From assembly GCF_001194135.2 (NCBI RefSeq), contig NC_068985.1:8794727-8835587 (forward strand): DNA of 40,861 nucleotides, given 5' to 3'. This DNA comes from Octopus bimaculoides. Its lineage: Eukaryota. Positions 1 to 12,092 of the stretch are shown here, piece after piece (position 1 is the first letter of the stretch; the number at the start of each line of letters is the position of its first letter). A program made the translations under genes and the position numbers. The notes beneath the pieces were generated by a model, which saw only the letters and a program-made list of their open reading frames with translations, did no database searches and had not been told where the DNA came from.

Positions 1-31
<31 letters not shown>

Positions 32-752
32 TGTGTGTATGTGTGTGTGTGTGTGTGAGTGCGTGTGATATATCTAATATATAAGCAAACATCCAGTACT
101 GATCTTAATGATCTAACTTAGACGTTGAATAGAAGAAAAAAAATCTCTTATGGATAAAACCCATTTCCTGCATTATATTTCAGCGTCATTTCTATAGTAG
201 ACTTGTCAGTGAATTGTTATGTTTAACAGCGAGAAAGGTTTCCATTATAAAATGGAATAAATTGCAATAATTCGTTTTTTTCATTTGTCACACGTTTCAA
301 TGCATCAACTAGTTACAGTCAATTCTATACGCGTTATATTTATATATGTATATTCACATTTAAAACTATATAATCTTTTTTTTTTATCGAGATAATACGT
401 ACTGGAACGTAACAAATAACAGAAAATTTCCACTAAAGCATTGCTAACATATTTATGGTCTGTGTTCAGTATATGTCGTAGGTGATAAGTCACAGGTCGT
501 ATAAATCCAACTTCAACACCCATATACACGTCATGAGCTATTAGGAAGTGCGCACCCTGGGGTGAAGTGACTATAAGCAATGTTACTGGTGATTTGATTT
601 GTATCTTATGTATACAACAGGCATTTATTAATGATAGCCACTTAATAAGTCAGGCGAGATCATACACGTACGTATAACTGTATGCATGTATGTATGTTTG
701 TGTGCATGTATATATGTATACACAGATAGGCATATATATATGTATGTGTGTG

Positions 753-850
<98 letters not shown>

Positions 851-1100
851 GTGGCGCGTGGCGTAGAGCATATGGTGTTTCACTCTTGATCGTGACATTA
901 TTATTTCAAATGCTGGACCTGGCAACGTGTTATGTTGTTGACAAAGCCACTTCATTTCACCTTGTTCAAGTACACATGTCTACCAACTATAAATAATTCT
1001 GCGACGGAATCCAGCAAACCAGACTAATGAGCTTGTGGCTCGGAAAAAACTTTTGAACCTTTTCGACATACATACATACATACATACATACATACATACA

Positions 1101-1800
1101 GTATGGTAGAAGCTATAGTCACTCATAATAAAGAAGTACTGGTGGAATGTCCCAGTGAAGACTTCAATAAAATGTAAGTACAACAGACCTGATAAAATGA
1201 TTTGGGCTAGAGAATAGAAACTGTTCACTGTTGTGGAAATTAGATGCCCGGCAGATGTTAACATAAAGTTGAGATCAGTGAAAAAGAGAACACTTATGCT
1301 GAACTATTGAGAAATCTACAGTTACTCTATCCAGGTTAGAAGTTTAGGTTTATACCTGTAATTATTGGAGCCCTGGGATATGTAACAAACACGCTGCCTT
1401 AATAACAATCTTGAGAAATTAGGCTTCTCAAAACCAGAAATGAGAAAGCTAATTCGAACACTATAGATCCAATCCTTCACTGGAACTGTAAAAATCTGTA
1501 AAGCTTATGAGAAGTTTATCATTTAAATATATATGAACGTGTCTAGATATGTAACTATATGCATGAGAATACATACATAAAACAAAACATACACATCTGT
1601 ATATATACATACATATACACAGATATACATACATACATACATACATACATACATACATGCATGCATACATACATGCATACATACATGCATACATACATAC
1701 AAAAATACCGTTGTTGATGTTGAAATTCCAATGAAGGAGCCTTGGATCTAGGTTAGAAACCGGCTCTTTCTCTATTGGCAAGAAATCTTGAACAATGACT
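1101..1800 (+). mobile_element. 5'-truncated R4/Dong-like RLE non-LTR retrotransposon (endonuclease C-terminus plus 3'UTR), decayed
   Basis: Manual translation across frameshifts/stops: YWWNVPVKTSIKCKYNRPDKMIW...VVEIRCPADVNIK...EKENTYAELLRNL...FIPVIIGALGYV...LEKLGFSK...TGTVKICK..KFII* (stop ~1525). This fits the RLE PD..E..K core and the IPV(I/V)IGALG motif of R4-clade LINEs. The 3'UTR (aaaaatacc..gttgttgatgttgaaattccaatgaaggagccttggatctagg) recurs at 28592-28700. Confidence 0.8.
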
Positions 1801-1920
1801 TACATTCATAAGTGTTTATATTCTTCTACAACTAGTATTCCCTGGTTAGTAAACCGAAAACGAAGACAATAGCTATATGTCTATACGCTAGGATAAATGC
1901 ACATAATTAAGTCATCGAGT

Positions 1921-2048
1921 TGGCTGAATTGTTAGCATGCCGAGCAACATAATTAGAGTCATTTTTACCTTCTGAGTTCAAATTTCGCCGAGGTCGACAT
2001 TGACTTTCATCCTTTCAGAGTCGATAAAATAAGTACCAGTTGAGAACT
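1921..2048 (+). mobile_element. SINE family A copy (tRNA-like head; gtcgac..ctttcatcctttc..gtcgataaa.taagtaccag core)
   Basis: Homologous to copies at 8159, 19131, 24205, 29735, 29960 and 32799; contains B-box-like gagttcaaat. Confidence 0.75.
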
Positions 2049-2403
2049 GTATTGGGACGACACATTAGACATGTCTAATTACGCAAATAGGTATGTGCTA
2101 GACAGACTGAGGTAAGATATCGTAGAGATTTCAAACAGTCAATCTCCTGGACGCTTGTCTTTGTTATTGGTTCATTTCCGACTCTAAGTTGATAAAATGA
2201 GAAGGTTGCGTACATTAATGTAGTATTCTGTCATCTCCTCGCTGGTGTTCAAATAATCTCGTGGAAGGCATTAAACATAAAAATCTCTAACCTATTTCCC
2301 AAAAGACAAATCTTCAGCTGGGAAGTCCCTTAGTACGGTGACACCTTTGAAGACAGTGAACCTCAAGTGCAGCACAAGAAGGATGAAGCACAGGCATCAC
2401 TTC

Positions 2404-2445
<42 letters not shown>

Positions 2446-3673
2446 AATAAACAAACGTTTCCCAAAAGAAAAATATTCTAGAGTCATAAAAGTTAAAATC
2501 AATACAAAGTTCACAAGTTACAAAATGGAAGGTAAAAGAAAATGACAGTAGCGTTTGACATTAGCTGTAAGTTCGTAGAAAAATCCATACCAAATGATAA
2601 ATAGTAGAAAAGAACATAATTCTAGTAAACTTCAGAAAACTAGAAATATCTTAATGTCTAGAAGGAGAAGTTAGCACCTGCCCACACGAAAGAAAATTCA
2701 TGCTGAGACACTCCACACGTCCAATTCAACCAGGGATAACACTATTTCCTTTGTAATCTTTTTTACCCAATGTTTTTCCCCAATATAACATTCTCGTTTT
2801 TTGTTTCTTTTTACAATTTCAAGTATTTCTCTATTTTCTATCTGACTTATTCCTCTAAACATTTTCCGTGAAACTATTTAGAATTTTGTTTCTTTCAAAC
2901 TTTCACCAGCTTATTTCTCTTGTTTATCACTCACTTCCTCTCTTCTCTACCGCACTACATCACTCTTCTCTCGCATGTAGGTTTGTGTATTTGTAAGTGT
3001 TCTAAGCAGACAGATAACGTGTAAGGAGACTCCCAGCTCCTACAATCAAGACTGCAACACTTTTCAGTATACTAATGCATGCACACATACATACACACAA
3101 ACACACACACCACTCATAAATACACACATACACTGACGTTGGGACTCGATTTTGCGTACCATCACTTGTTTGTTCTGTTAAGGGTGAGCGGCATGGATAT
3201 CCTGTTATGGACATTATTTTTACAGATGTGGAACTGATGGGCGCCTATCGCAGTAGGTGTTACAATATAGATTTGGTGAAACTCCATTAGAGAGTGAACA
3301 ACTCTCGTCAGCATTGATGATTTGCGTATTGCAACAACAGCTTTATTTCGGTGGTGGCAAAACGTCTTATATTCAACAACATTCTGCCCGTGCTTCCGTA
3401 CGATGTAACACTGCAAATTTTCCTTGACAAAGAGAGTGGTTTATGCTGGATAACCTCCAGGAGAAAAAAAATTGTCAAAGAAAGGAAGGAGTTCAACTGA
3501 GTCAACTGACATCGAGTAGCTGCGAATGAGAGACCTTAATTATAGCTTACACATCTCTCTAGAAGAACTCAGATGTCCTTATACGCATACATACATACAT
3601 ACATACATACATACACATACACGCACACACACACACGCACGCACAGGCACACACACACACATATACACACAGT

Positions 3674-4870
3674 CAAGATGATATCAGAAAGTTTCTGGAC
3701 TAGTTATGTGTAATAAAAGAAAATAACTTATTTACTCAAGTTTTAACATCATCTCCTTCGAAATAGTCGCATTGCGCAGCAATACACCCGTCTCACCGTC
3801 CTGCCACTTTTGGAATCCGGCCTGGAAGTCGATTTCTGTAGGCGAGTCGATGATCTTCTGTGCTTCGCCCTTGATCTCGACAATGGTTTTAAAACGGCAA
3901 CCCTTGAGTTGCATTTTCATGTTGGGGAGGAGACGGAAGTCCGAAGGTCCTAAATCTGATGAATAAGGCTGGTACGGAAGCATTATCATGTTGTTTTTGG
4001 CGAGAAACTCACAAGTGAGAAGAGAGTGGTGACAGTGCATTGTCATCGGGAAGAATCCAATACTTCGCGCTCCACAGATCCCGTCCATTTCACCGAATGT
4101 CCTTCCTCAAGCGTTTAAAAATGTCCCAGTAGAATTCTCGATTGACGGTCTGTACCTGGAGGACAAACTGTGAATGCACAATACCACAGATATCGAAAAC
4201 AACTATGAACATGCTCTTGATCGAGTCGCGGCTCAGTGGTGCCCTCTTCGGTCGTTGAAATGAAGGCCTCTTCCATTGTGACGACTGCTGCTTCGTCTTA
4301 TGGTTGTTCCCGTAGACCCAACTCTCATCACTGGCGATGATCCTCGATATGAAGGATGAGGCATCTGCGGCATGCTGACGGAGATATTGACAGACTTTGA
4401 CGCCATGCTTTTTCTGCTCACTGGTCATCAGGCAGGGGTCAAACTTGGCAGAGACACGCCGTATTTTCAGTTCAAACGTTAGAATTGCCGGCACTGACCC
4501 ATACGACAGACCAACATCAGCAAAGTTATTGATTATCCTTCGACTATCCTCATGTACAAGCTGACGAATTTTCTCCGCATTTCCGGAGTTCACACTGGTA
4601 AAGGGTCTTACAGACTGCTCACCGTCCTCCACCGTCTGTCGCAGACTTCCCAACTTTAATGCAAAATTTCACATTGGCTCTTTGTTCCAAAATTCCTGTA
4701 CATGACATAATTGCAGACTACAGCATACACGTGATCACAAGAACACAACTTTCACAACTTGTGAAGTAAACATTGCCTCGTGAAGATTACTGCTAGCTCT
4801 CACAATCATGCGCTGCCATCTGCTGGCGCGCTATAGAACTGGTCCGGAAACGTTTTTATACCACCTTGTA
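3674..4870 (-). mobile_element. mariner (Tc1/mariner) DNA transposon, inactive, internally deleted
   Basis: TIRs 3674-3705 and 4837-4868 match at 25/32, with TA at 4869-4870. Transposase remnants: EQRANVKFCIKVGKSAT (N-terminus), VEDGEQSVRP, SAKFDPCL (WVP-like motif), IIASDESWVY (first catalytic D), DDNA (second D, at a frameshift), PYSSDLGPSDF (YSPDL motif). Covers ORF-track ORFs 4090-4653 and 3732-4088. Confidence 0.93.
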
Positions 4871-5062
4871 TTTGTATGTGTGTGTTTGTGTCTTTAAAAA
4901 TATATATGACTGAACATANNNNNNNNNNNNNNNNNNNNNNNNNNNNNNNNNNNNNNNNNNNNNNNNNNNNNNNNNNNNNNNNNNNNNNNNNNNNNNNNNN
5001 NNNNNNNNNNNNNNNNNNNNNNNNNNNNNNNNNNNNNATATATATATATATATATATATATA

Positions 5063-5202
5063 GGGTGGAAATAGCACTGAAGTAAATCTAAGACATTTCA
5101 ATTTGGAAAGAATTTAATAAAATGGTTTCATAATTTTTAAATCAGGTTATTAAATTCTTTCTAAATTGAAATGTCCCAGATTTACTTCTGTGCTATTTTC
5201 AC
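5063..5202. mobile_element. MITE/foldback element
   Basis: 56 bp inverted arms (5065-5120 and 5147-5202) with 5 mismatches and a 26 bp spacer. Sits in TA-rich flanks and starts tagggtg, as Tc1/mariner termini often do. Confidence 0.7.
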
Positions 5203-5211
5203 ACACATATA

Positions 5212-5517
5212 TGCGTAGTTACATCTGAAGGTGTGTGATCTGGTAGTTACTGTGTTCGACACACAATCGATGACAGAACAGCGGTGTCTTGTGTTCTAGA
5301 AGATAGCACTTCAGTTCACGTTCTTCAAGTGCATTTCGCTTCAACTGTGTAACTCTACTGCGGATTCGCATTCTGTTCTGGCGTGTACGTTGGTCGACCA
5401 GCGTTGATAGCAGAGTGGCATCATTCGTAAAGCTACAACATTGCGAGGATCACAATGAGTGCAACGGTTTATAGCAACATTCAAAACTTTGGCCGATGCA
5501 GCTGTATGTAACTACAT
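5212..5517 (+). mobile_element. possible small non-autonomous Tc1/mariner derivative
   Basis: 10 bp terminal inverted match gtagttacat (5215-5224) / atgtaactac (5506-5515) with TA flanks. Internal MTEQR resembles a transposase N-terminus. Weak. Confidence 0.25.
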
Positions 5518-6007
5518 ATTTTATATACGTATGTCATATGATAACGACATACATACATACATAAAGACACACGTACAAATATAAATATATAAATCTATAC
5601 ATGATTATATGTTTCAAACATATATGAATAGAAAATTACACAAAGCTTCATCCTGGCATAATGTATTTAAGCAAATGTTGATATCTCTAATAAGATAAGC
5701 ACTATTTGTATCCATGTAAAAATACTAAATTTGTAATCTATATAAATAATAACAGAAAATTATTACAGAAATTATAAAGTCAAAGTCTTTATTGGGAATA
5801 TAGATTAACAATTTTCTCTTAATCTTGAAAGACAAACGTTTTCCCATATTTGCTTTCCTAATGTTTTCCAGCCATCTCTCATTAGGGTAGAAACTTTTTG
5901 ATTGTTATTAGATTTCGTTCTATGTATCATATTACGAACTCGCACAATATATCGCTGTATCTTCCAAAATCACACGCATATTTACGTGTGTGCATATATA
6001 TATACAC

Positions 6008-6038
<31 letters not shown>

Positions 6039-6465
6039 NNNNNNNNNNNNNNNNNNNNNNNNNNNNNNNNNNNNNNNNNNNNNNNNNNNNNNNNNNNNNN
6101 NNNNNNNNNNNNNNNNNNNNNNNNNNNNNNNNNNNNNNNNNNNNNNNNNNNNNNNNNNNNNNNNNNNNNNNNNNNNNNNNNNNNNNNNNNNNNNNNNNNN
6201 NNNNNNNNNNNNNNNNNNNNNNNNNNNNNNNNNNNNNNNNNNNNNNNNNNNNNNNNNNNNNNNNNNNNNNNATATATATATATATATATATATACATATA
6301 TGTATGTATGTATGTGTATAGGTATGTGTGTATGTATGTATATATATATGTATATGTACGTATGTATGTATATATATATGTATGTCTACAGTATATATAT
6401 ATATGCATATATATACATATACATATATATCTATATATATATATATATATATATANNNNNNNNNN

Positions 6466-6509
<44 letters not shown>

Positions 6510-6932
6510 AGTAAATACATGTGTGCCTCTGTGCGTGAGAATGTGTATGGGTATGTGTGTGAGTGTTTGTGTGTTACCGCAAGTGTGTGTATTTGTGTAT
6601 ACGTGTGTGTGTGCGTTCGCGTGCCTGATAGAGTGTGCACGTGTGTATGCATGTATTCGTGTCTATGAATGTTTGTAAGTAACTGGAGAAGTGAGACGAG
6701 AGAAACCACACTGAAATAAGTTCAATTAAGGCCACATCGACATCTAAATTTGCACAGCCAACTCACTTCGTAAAGCCATTTTTAGTTCAATCAAAACTTT
6801 CAGCTAAATTTGACCATATTGTACAATTTACCTACCCATTAGTAAGATTGAACCAAACGTTTCGTGTAATATATCTCGTTTACACTCTCTCTATTTTCCT
6901 CTCCCCTCCTCTCCCATCTCTCTCTCTCTCCC

Positions 6933-6984
<52 letters not shown>

Positions 6985-7447
6985 CCACTATAAATATATA
7001 CGGTTATGGTCGTGGCGGTAAACGAATCACTCACGCATTAGTGTAGATTTCTTAATTTCGCATTTTTAGGAGCAGTGCGGGACAAGCTATAAGCAAACGA
7101 TGTTCAAGTCTCGATTTCCAGTCTTGAGTGAATTCTTCGGAATTGAAATCCACTGAGATATATATACGACCGTTATTTTCATTCAAATAAAATGTAAGAG
7201 CACAGAATTGTTACGAATAATTAGCTTTGTAAATTGCTTTCGTATAACGACTGCTGTTGAGGTGTAAGAGGTGGACAAGGAATGATGCTGGTTTTGAATT
7301 TAATTAGAAGCAATTAATTTTAATTAGACCGATGATATCTTTGGTAAAAATCTTACCTATTTCCGTTTTCTTCATTTCAAAATAATCCATCAACCTTAAT
7401 TATATTTATTCGCTTAAATTATTTCAATGATTTTTCTCTCTCTCTTC

Positions 7448-7481
<34 letters not shown>

Positions 7482-7879
7482 NNNNNNNNNNNNNNNNNNN
7501 NNNNNNNNNNNNNNNNNNNNNNNNNNNNNNNNNNNNNNNNNNNNNNNNNNNNNNNNNNNNNNNNNNNNNNNNNNNNNNNNNNNNNNNNNNNNNNNNNNNN
7601 NNNNNNNNNNNNNNNNNNNNNNNNNNNNNNNNNNNNNNNNNNNNNNNNNNNNNNNNNNNNNNNNNNNNNNNNNNNNNNNNNNNNNNNNNNNNNNNNNNNN
7701 NNNNNNNNNNNNNNNNNNNNNNNNNNNNNNNNNNNNNNNNNNNNNNNNNNNNNNNNNNNNNNNNNNNNNNNNNNNNNNNNNNNNNNNNNNNNNNNNNATA
7801 TATATAAACAATATATGAGTATATGCATATGTATGTACATGTATGTATATACGTTCATCTACATGTACATATAGATACA

Positions 7880-8125
7880 TAACTGGGTGCATGACGTGGC
7901 AAAAGAACAAGGACAAAATGGTAAACAAGGTGCAACAAACAAGTAGGCCACATAGAAACATCCTCTTCATCAGCTGCCACCATTAAAACTCCGGCGTTTC
8001 GAAGAATTAAGGCAGTACGCATCGTTAAAATGGTTCTTCCCACGAACACAAATTAAATTGTTTTCGTGGAGGGTAGTGGCGGACGGAAAACAAGACAGGA
8101 AAACGAAACGGTGAAATAAACAAAC
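7880..8125. repeat. dispersed repeat, possibly a Penelope pseudo-LTR; partly duplicated in inverted orientation at 9564-9736
   Basis: 7798-7970 equals the reverse complement of 9564-9736 with 5 substitutions. The minus strand carries GAAAC and CTGATGA hammerhead-like words. Confidence 0.5.
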
Positions 8126-8158
8126 AAAAAGGCTGTACACATATATGTGTGTGTGTGT

Positions 8159-8313
8159 GTGTCTTTACATTCAGAGTTCAAATACCGCCGAGGTCGACTT
8201 TGCCTTTCATTATTTCAGGGTCGATAAATTAAGTACCAGTTGCGTACTGAGGTGGTTCTAATCGGCTGACCTCTCCGCCAAACTTAGAGCCTTGTGCCTA
8301 GAGAAGAAAAGAA
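8159..8313 (+). mobile_element. SINE family A, 5'-truncated
   Basis: gtctttacattcagagttcaaataccgccgaggtcgactttgcctttcat...gagtagaaaagaat-type tail. Confidence 0.8.
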
Positions 8314-8477
8314 TATAAATGTATGTATATAGGTGTGTATATATATATAAATATATATTACCATCTAGCAAATACTTTCATTCGTCCTTTGATTTTTATA
8401 TTCTTTTCTTTCTCCCAGTGGTCAGTCGTCTATGGCTAATTTAGAAAACTCATTTGTTCGTCTCCACGCGATATATA

Positions 8478-8631
8478 AGGCGAAGGAGTGGCTGTGTTGT
8501 AAGTAGCTTGCTTACCAGCCACATGGTCCGGGGTTCAATCCCACTACGTGGCACCTTGGGCAAATGTCTTCTACTATAGCCTCGGGCCGACCGAAACCTT
8601 GTGAGTAGATTTGGTACACGAAGGCCCGTCG

Positions 8632-8666
<35 letters not shown>

Positions 8667-8837
8667 TCGTGTGTGTGTGTGTTCGTGTGTGTGTGTGTGT
8701 GTGTCTTTTTGTTTGCGTGTCTGTGTTTTCCCCCACCATCGCTTGACAACCTATGCTGGTGTGTTTAAGTCCCCGTAACCTAGCGGTTCGGCAAAAGAAA
8801 CTGATAGAATAAGTACTAGGCTTACAAAGAATAAGTC
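8478..8837 (+). mobile_element. SINE family B (tRNA head, CORE-like ccttgggcaa.tgtcttctactatagcc domain, internal (TA)/(GT) microsatellite)
   Basis: A-box-like tggctgtgttg and B-box-like gggttcaatcc; homologous to at least 8 other copies in the window; truncated by a gap. Confidence 0.85.
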
Positions 8838-9760
8838 NNNNNNNNNNNNNNNNNNNNNNNNNNNNNNNNNNNNNNNNNNNNNNNNNNNNNNNNNNNNNNN
8901 NNNNNNNNNNNNNNNNNNNNNNNNNNNNNNNNNNNNNNNNNNNNNNNNNNNNNNNNNNNNNNNNNNNNNNNNNNNNNNNNNNNNNNNNNNNNNNNNNNNN
9001 NNNNNNNNNNNNNNNNNNNNNNNNNNNNNNNNNNNNNNNNNNNNNNNNNNNNNNNNNNNNNNNNNNNNNNNNNNNNNNNNNNNNNNNNNNNNNNNNNNNN
9101 NNNNNNNNNNNNNNNNNNNNNNNNNNNNNNNNNNNNNNNNNNNNNNNNNNNNNNNNNNNNNNNNNNNNNNNNNNNNNNNNNNNNNNNNNNNNNNNNNNNN
9201 NNNNNNNNNNNNNNNNNNNNNNNNNNNNNNNNNNNNNNNNNNNNNNNNNNNNNNNNNNNNNNNNNNNNNNNNNNNNNNNNNNNNNNNNNNNNNNNNNNNN
9301 NNNNNNNNNNNNNNNNNNNNNNNNNNNNNNNNNNNNNNNNNNNNNNNNNNNNNNNNNNNNNNNNNNNNNNNNNNNNNNNNNNNNNNNNNNNNNNNNNNNN
9401 NNNNNNNNNNNNNNNNNNNNNNNNNNNNNNNNNNNNNNNNNNNNNNNNNNNNNNNNNNNNNNNNNNNNNNNNNNNNNNNNNNNNNNNNNNNNNNNNNNNN
9501 NNNNNNNNNNNNNNNNNNNNNNNNNNNNNNNNNNNNNNNNNNNNNNNNNNNNNNNNNNNNNNNATGAAGGGGATGTTTCTATGTGGCCTGCTTGTTTGTT
9601 GCACCTTGTTTACCATTTTGTCCTCGTTCTTTTGCCACGTCATGTACCCAGTTATGTATCTATATGTACATGTAGATGAACGTATATACATACATGTACA
9701 TATATATGCATATACTCATATATTGTTTATATATATATATATATATATATCAGCATACAG

Positions 9761-9792
<32 letters not shown>

Positions 9793-10150
9793 ATGCATTT
9801 ATATATGTCTGTCTGTAGCAAGTAGCATGGTTGCCTATAATATGTGGTAGCTGAAATAAATATGTCGTGTTATAGCAGTGCTATTCATTTAAAACGCATA
9901 TCCCATCATATAGACGGTCTCCATATTTTGTGTTAATATGACATACTGTTACGCATCATTCTTTTTCATTGCATCTGTTGTTGTTAGTGAATGTATTATA
10001 AGTTTTTAATGGAGTCTAATGTTATTCTTTGATACGTATTTTATCCTCTATTGCTTAATATATTTTTACGGTTAATTATTGATGTATTTAATGTAAGGCC
10101 TCCCCTAAGAATCGAACTTACAACTACTCAATAAGCGTTTTATATATATA

Positions 10151-10311
10151 AGCGCAAGAGTGGCAGTGTTGTAAGAAGCTTAACTATCAATTACATGGTT
10201 CATGGTTCAGTCTCATTGGTGTGATAACTTGATCAAATGTCTTCTACTATAGCCTCGGACTATAAAAGCCTCGTGATGGGATTTCGTAGACGGAAACCTA
10301 AAGAAGCCCGT

Positions 10312-10313
<2 letters not shown>
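10151..10313 (+). mobile_element. SINE family B, 5' half
   Basis: Same head and core as 8478; runs into internal (TA)n and an assembly gap. Confidence 0.8.
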
Positions 10314-10343
<30 letters not shown>

Positions 10344-11035
10344 NNNNNNNNNNNNNNNNNNNNNNNNNNNNNNNNNNNNNNNNNNNNNNNNNNNNNNNNN
10401 NNNNNNNNNNNNNNNNNNNNNNNNNNNNNNNNNNNNNNNNNNNNNNNNNNNNNNNNNNNNNNNNNNNNNNNNNNNNNNNNNNNNNNNNNNNNNNNNNNNN
10501 NNNNNNNNNNNNNNNNNNNNNNNNNNNNNNNNNNNNNNNNNNNNNNNNNNNNNNNNNNNNNNNNNNNNNNNNNNNNNNNNNNNNNNNNNNNNNNNNNNNN
10601 NNNNNNNNNNNNNNNNNNNNNNNNNNNNNNNNNNNNNNNNNNNNNNNNNNNNNNNNNNNNNNNNNNNNNNNNNNNNNNNNNNNNNNNNNNNNNNNNNNNN
10701 NNNNNNNNNNNNNNNNNNNNNNNNNNNNNNNNNNNNNNNNNNNNNNNNNNNNNNNNNNNNNNNNNNNNNNNNNNNNNNNNNNNNNNNNNNNNNNNNNNNN
10801 NNNNNNNNNNNNNNNNNNNNNNNNNNNNNNNNNNNNNNNNNNNNNNNNNNNNNNNNNNNNNNNNNNNNNNNNNNNNNNNNNNNNNNNNNNNNNNNNNNNN
10901 NNNNNNNNNNNNNNNNNNNNNNNNNNNNNNNNNNNNNNNNNNNNNNNNNNNNNNNNNNNNNNNNNNNNNNNNNNNNNNNNNNNTATTTAATCTCCATACC
11001 TTCGTTTTATTTGCTTTTTTCATTTTAAATTTGCT

Positions 11036-11099
11036 TTAACCCTAGCCCTAACCCTAACCCTAACCCTAACCCTAGGGTTAGGGTTAGGGTTAGGGTTAA
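11036..11099. repeat. interstitial telomeric-type repeat arranged as a (CCCTAA)n-(TTAGGG)n palindrome
   Basis: 11049-11098 is a perfect 50 bp palindrome centred on ccct|aggg (11073/11074). Confidence 0.95.
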
Positions 11100-11706
11100 T
11101 TGTTTCAGAATCGTTTGTTTATGTAGTCGGCACTTAATATATATCGGCTGAATGGACGTCAGTGATTGGTTGAAATTACAGAAATACGACAACTTTAACA
11201 TGGAATAACTTATGGGTTTCTTTTTTTTTTTTAAGAAGACTAAGAGAAAAAGATGTTTTATATGACACATTCTACCAGTGTTCCAAGTTTCAAAGTGTTT
11301 CGTTAATGAAAAATGTGGCCCCCGTTTTAAAAAAGATCCTGTGTACCACTTGAATAGTGGGGTTGATGTAGTCGACTAGACTCATCCTCCGACCTTCCTG
11401 ACTTTGCGCCAAACTTCGAAACCAAGTATAATTCATAACTTCATTAAAACTCATTGCATTTGTTAAGGATATGCTAAATGCTGCTGCAGAAATAATGTGT
11501 TATGATCAACACTCTGCTGAGTTTTTACTTCACCGCTTGATAGTGAGTGCCTTTTGTGAATATCACGTGGTTAGTAACCTTTGGCCGAGAACCACGTTCT
11601 TCATCCCCACACTGACGGACATGTTAGACGTGACCACATGACTCTTATTAACGACCGTCTGAACGTCCCATTTCTTTTGACTAATTTATATAAAAATAGA
11701 ACATTT

Positions 11707-12092
11707 ATTGCTGGCACTCCGTCGCTCACGACGACGTGGGTTCCAATTGATCCGATCAACGAGACAACCTGCTCGTGAAATTAAAGTGCAAGTGGCTGAG
11801 CACTCCACAGACACGTGTACTCTTAACGTACTTCTCCGAGGAGATTCAGCGTGACACAGTGTGACAAGGCTGGCCCTTTGAAATACAGGTACAACAGAAA
11901 TAGGAAGATAGAGTGAGAGGAAGTTGCGGTGAAAGAGTACGGCAGGGTTCGCCACCCCCCACCCCTGCCGGAGCCTCGTGGAGCTCTACGTGTTTTCGCT
12001 CAATGAACACTCATAACGCCCGGTCTGGGAATCGAAACAGCGATCCTACGACCGCGAGTCCGCTGTCCTAACCACTGGGCCATTGCGCCTCC
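11707..12092 (-). mobile_element. SINE family C, full length (tRNA-derived head)
   Basis: Minus strand reads ggaggcgcaatggcccagtggttagg (A box)...gtttcgattccc (B box)...ggagtgccagca tail; homologous to 14945, 22701, 24777 and 29271. Confidence 0.88.

Noticed and set aside
3225-3500. GC-richer stretch with possible acceptor (tttttacag) and LINE-like peptide LIFNNILPVLPYD
   Set aside because: In-frame stops and too little similarity to call an exon or a specific LINE.
11049-11098. Telomere-fusion scar
   Set aside because: Orientation is CCCTAA then TTAGGG, opposite to an end-to-end fusion; kept as a palindrome finding instead.
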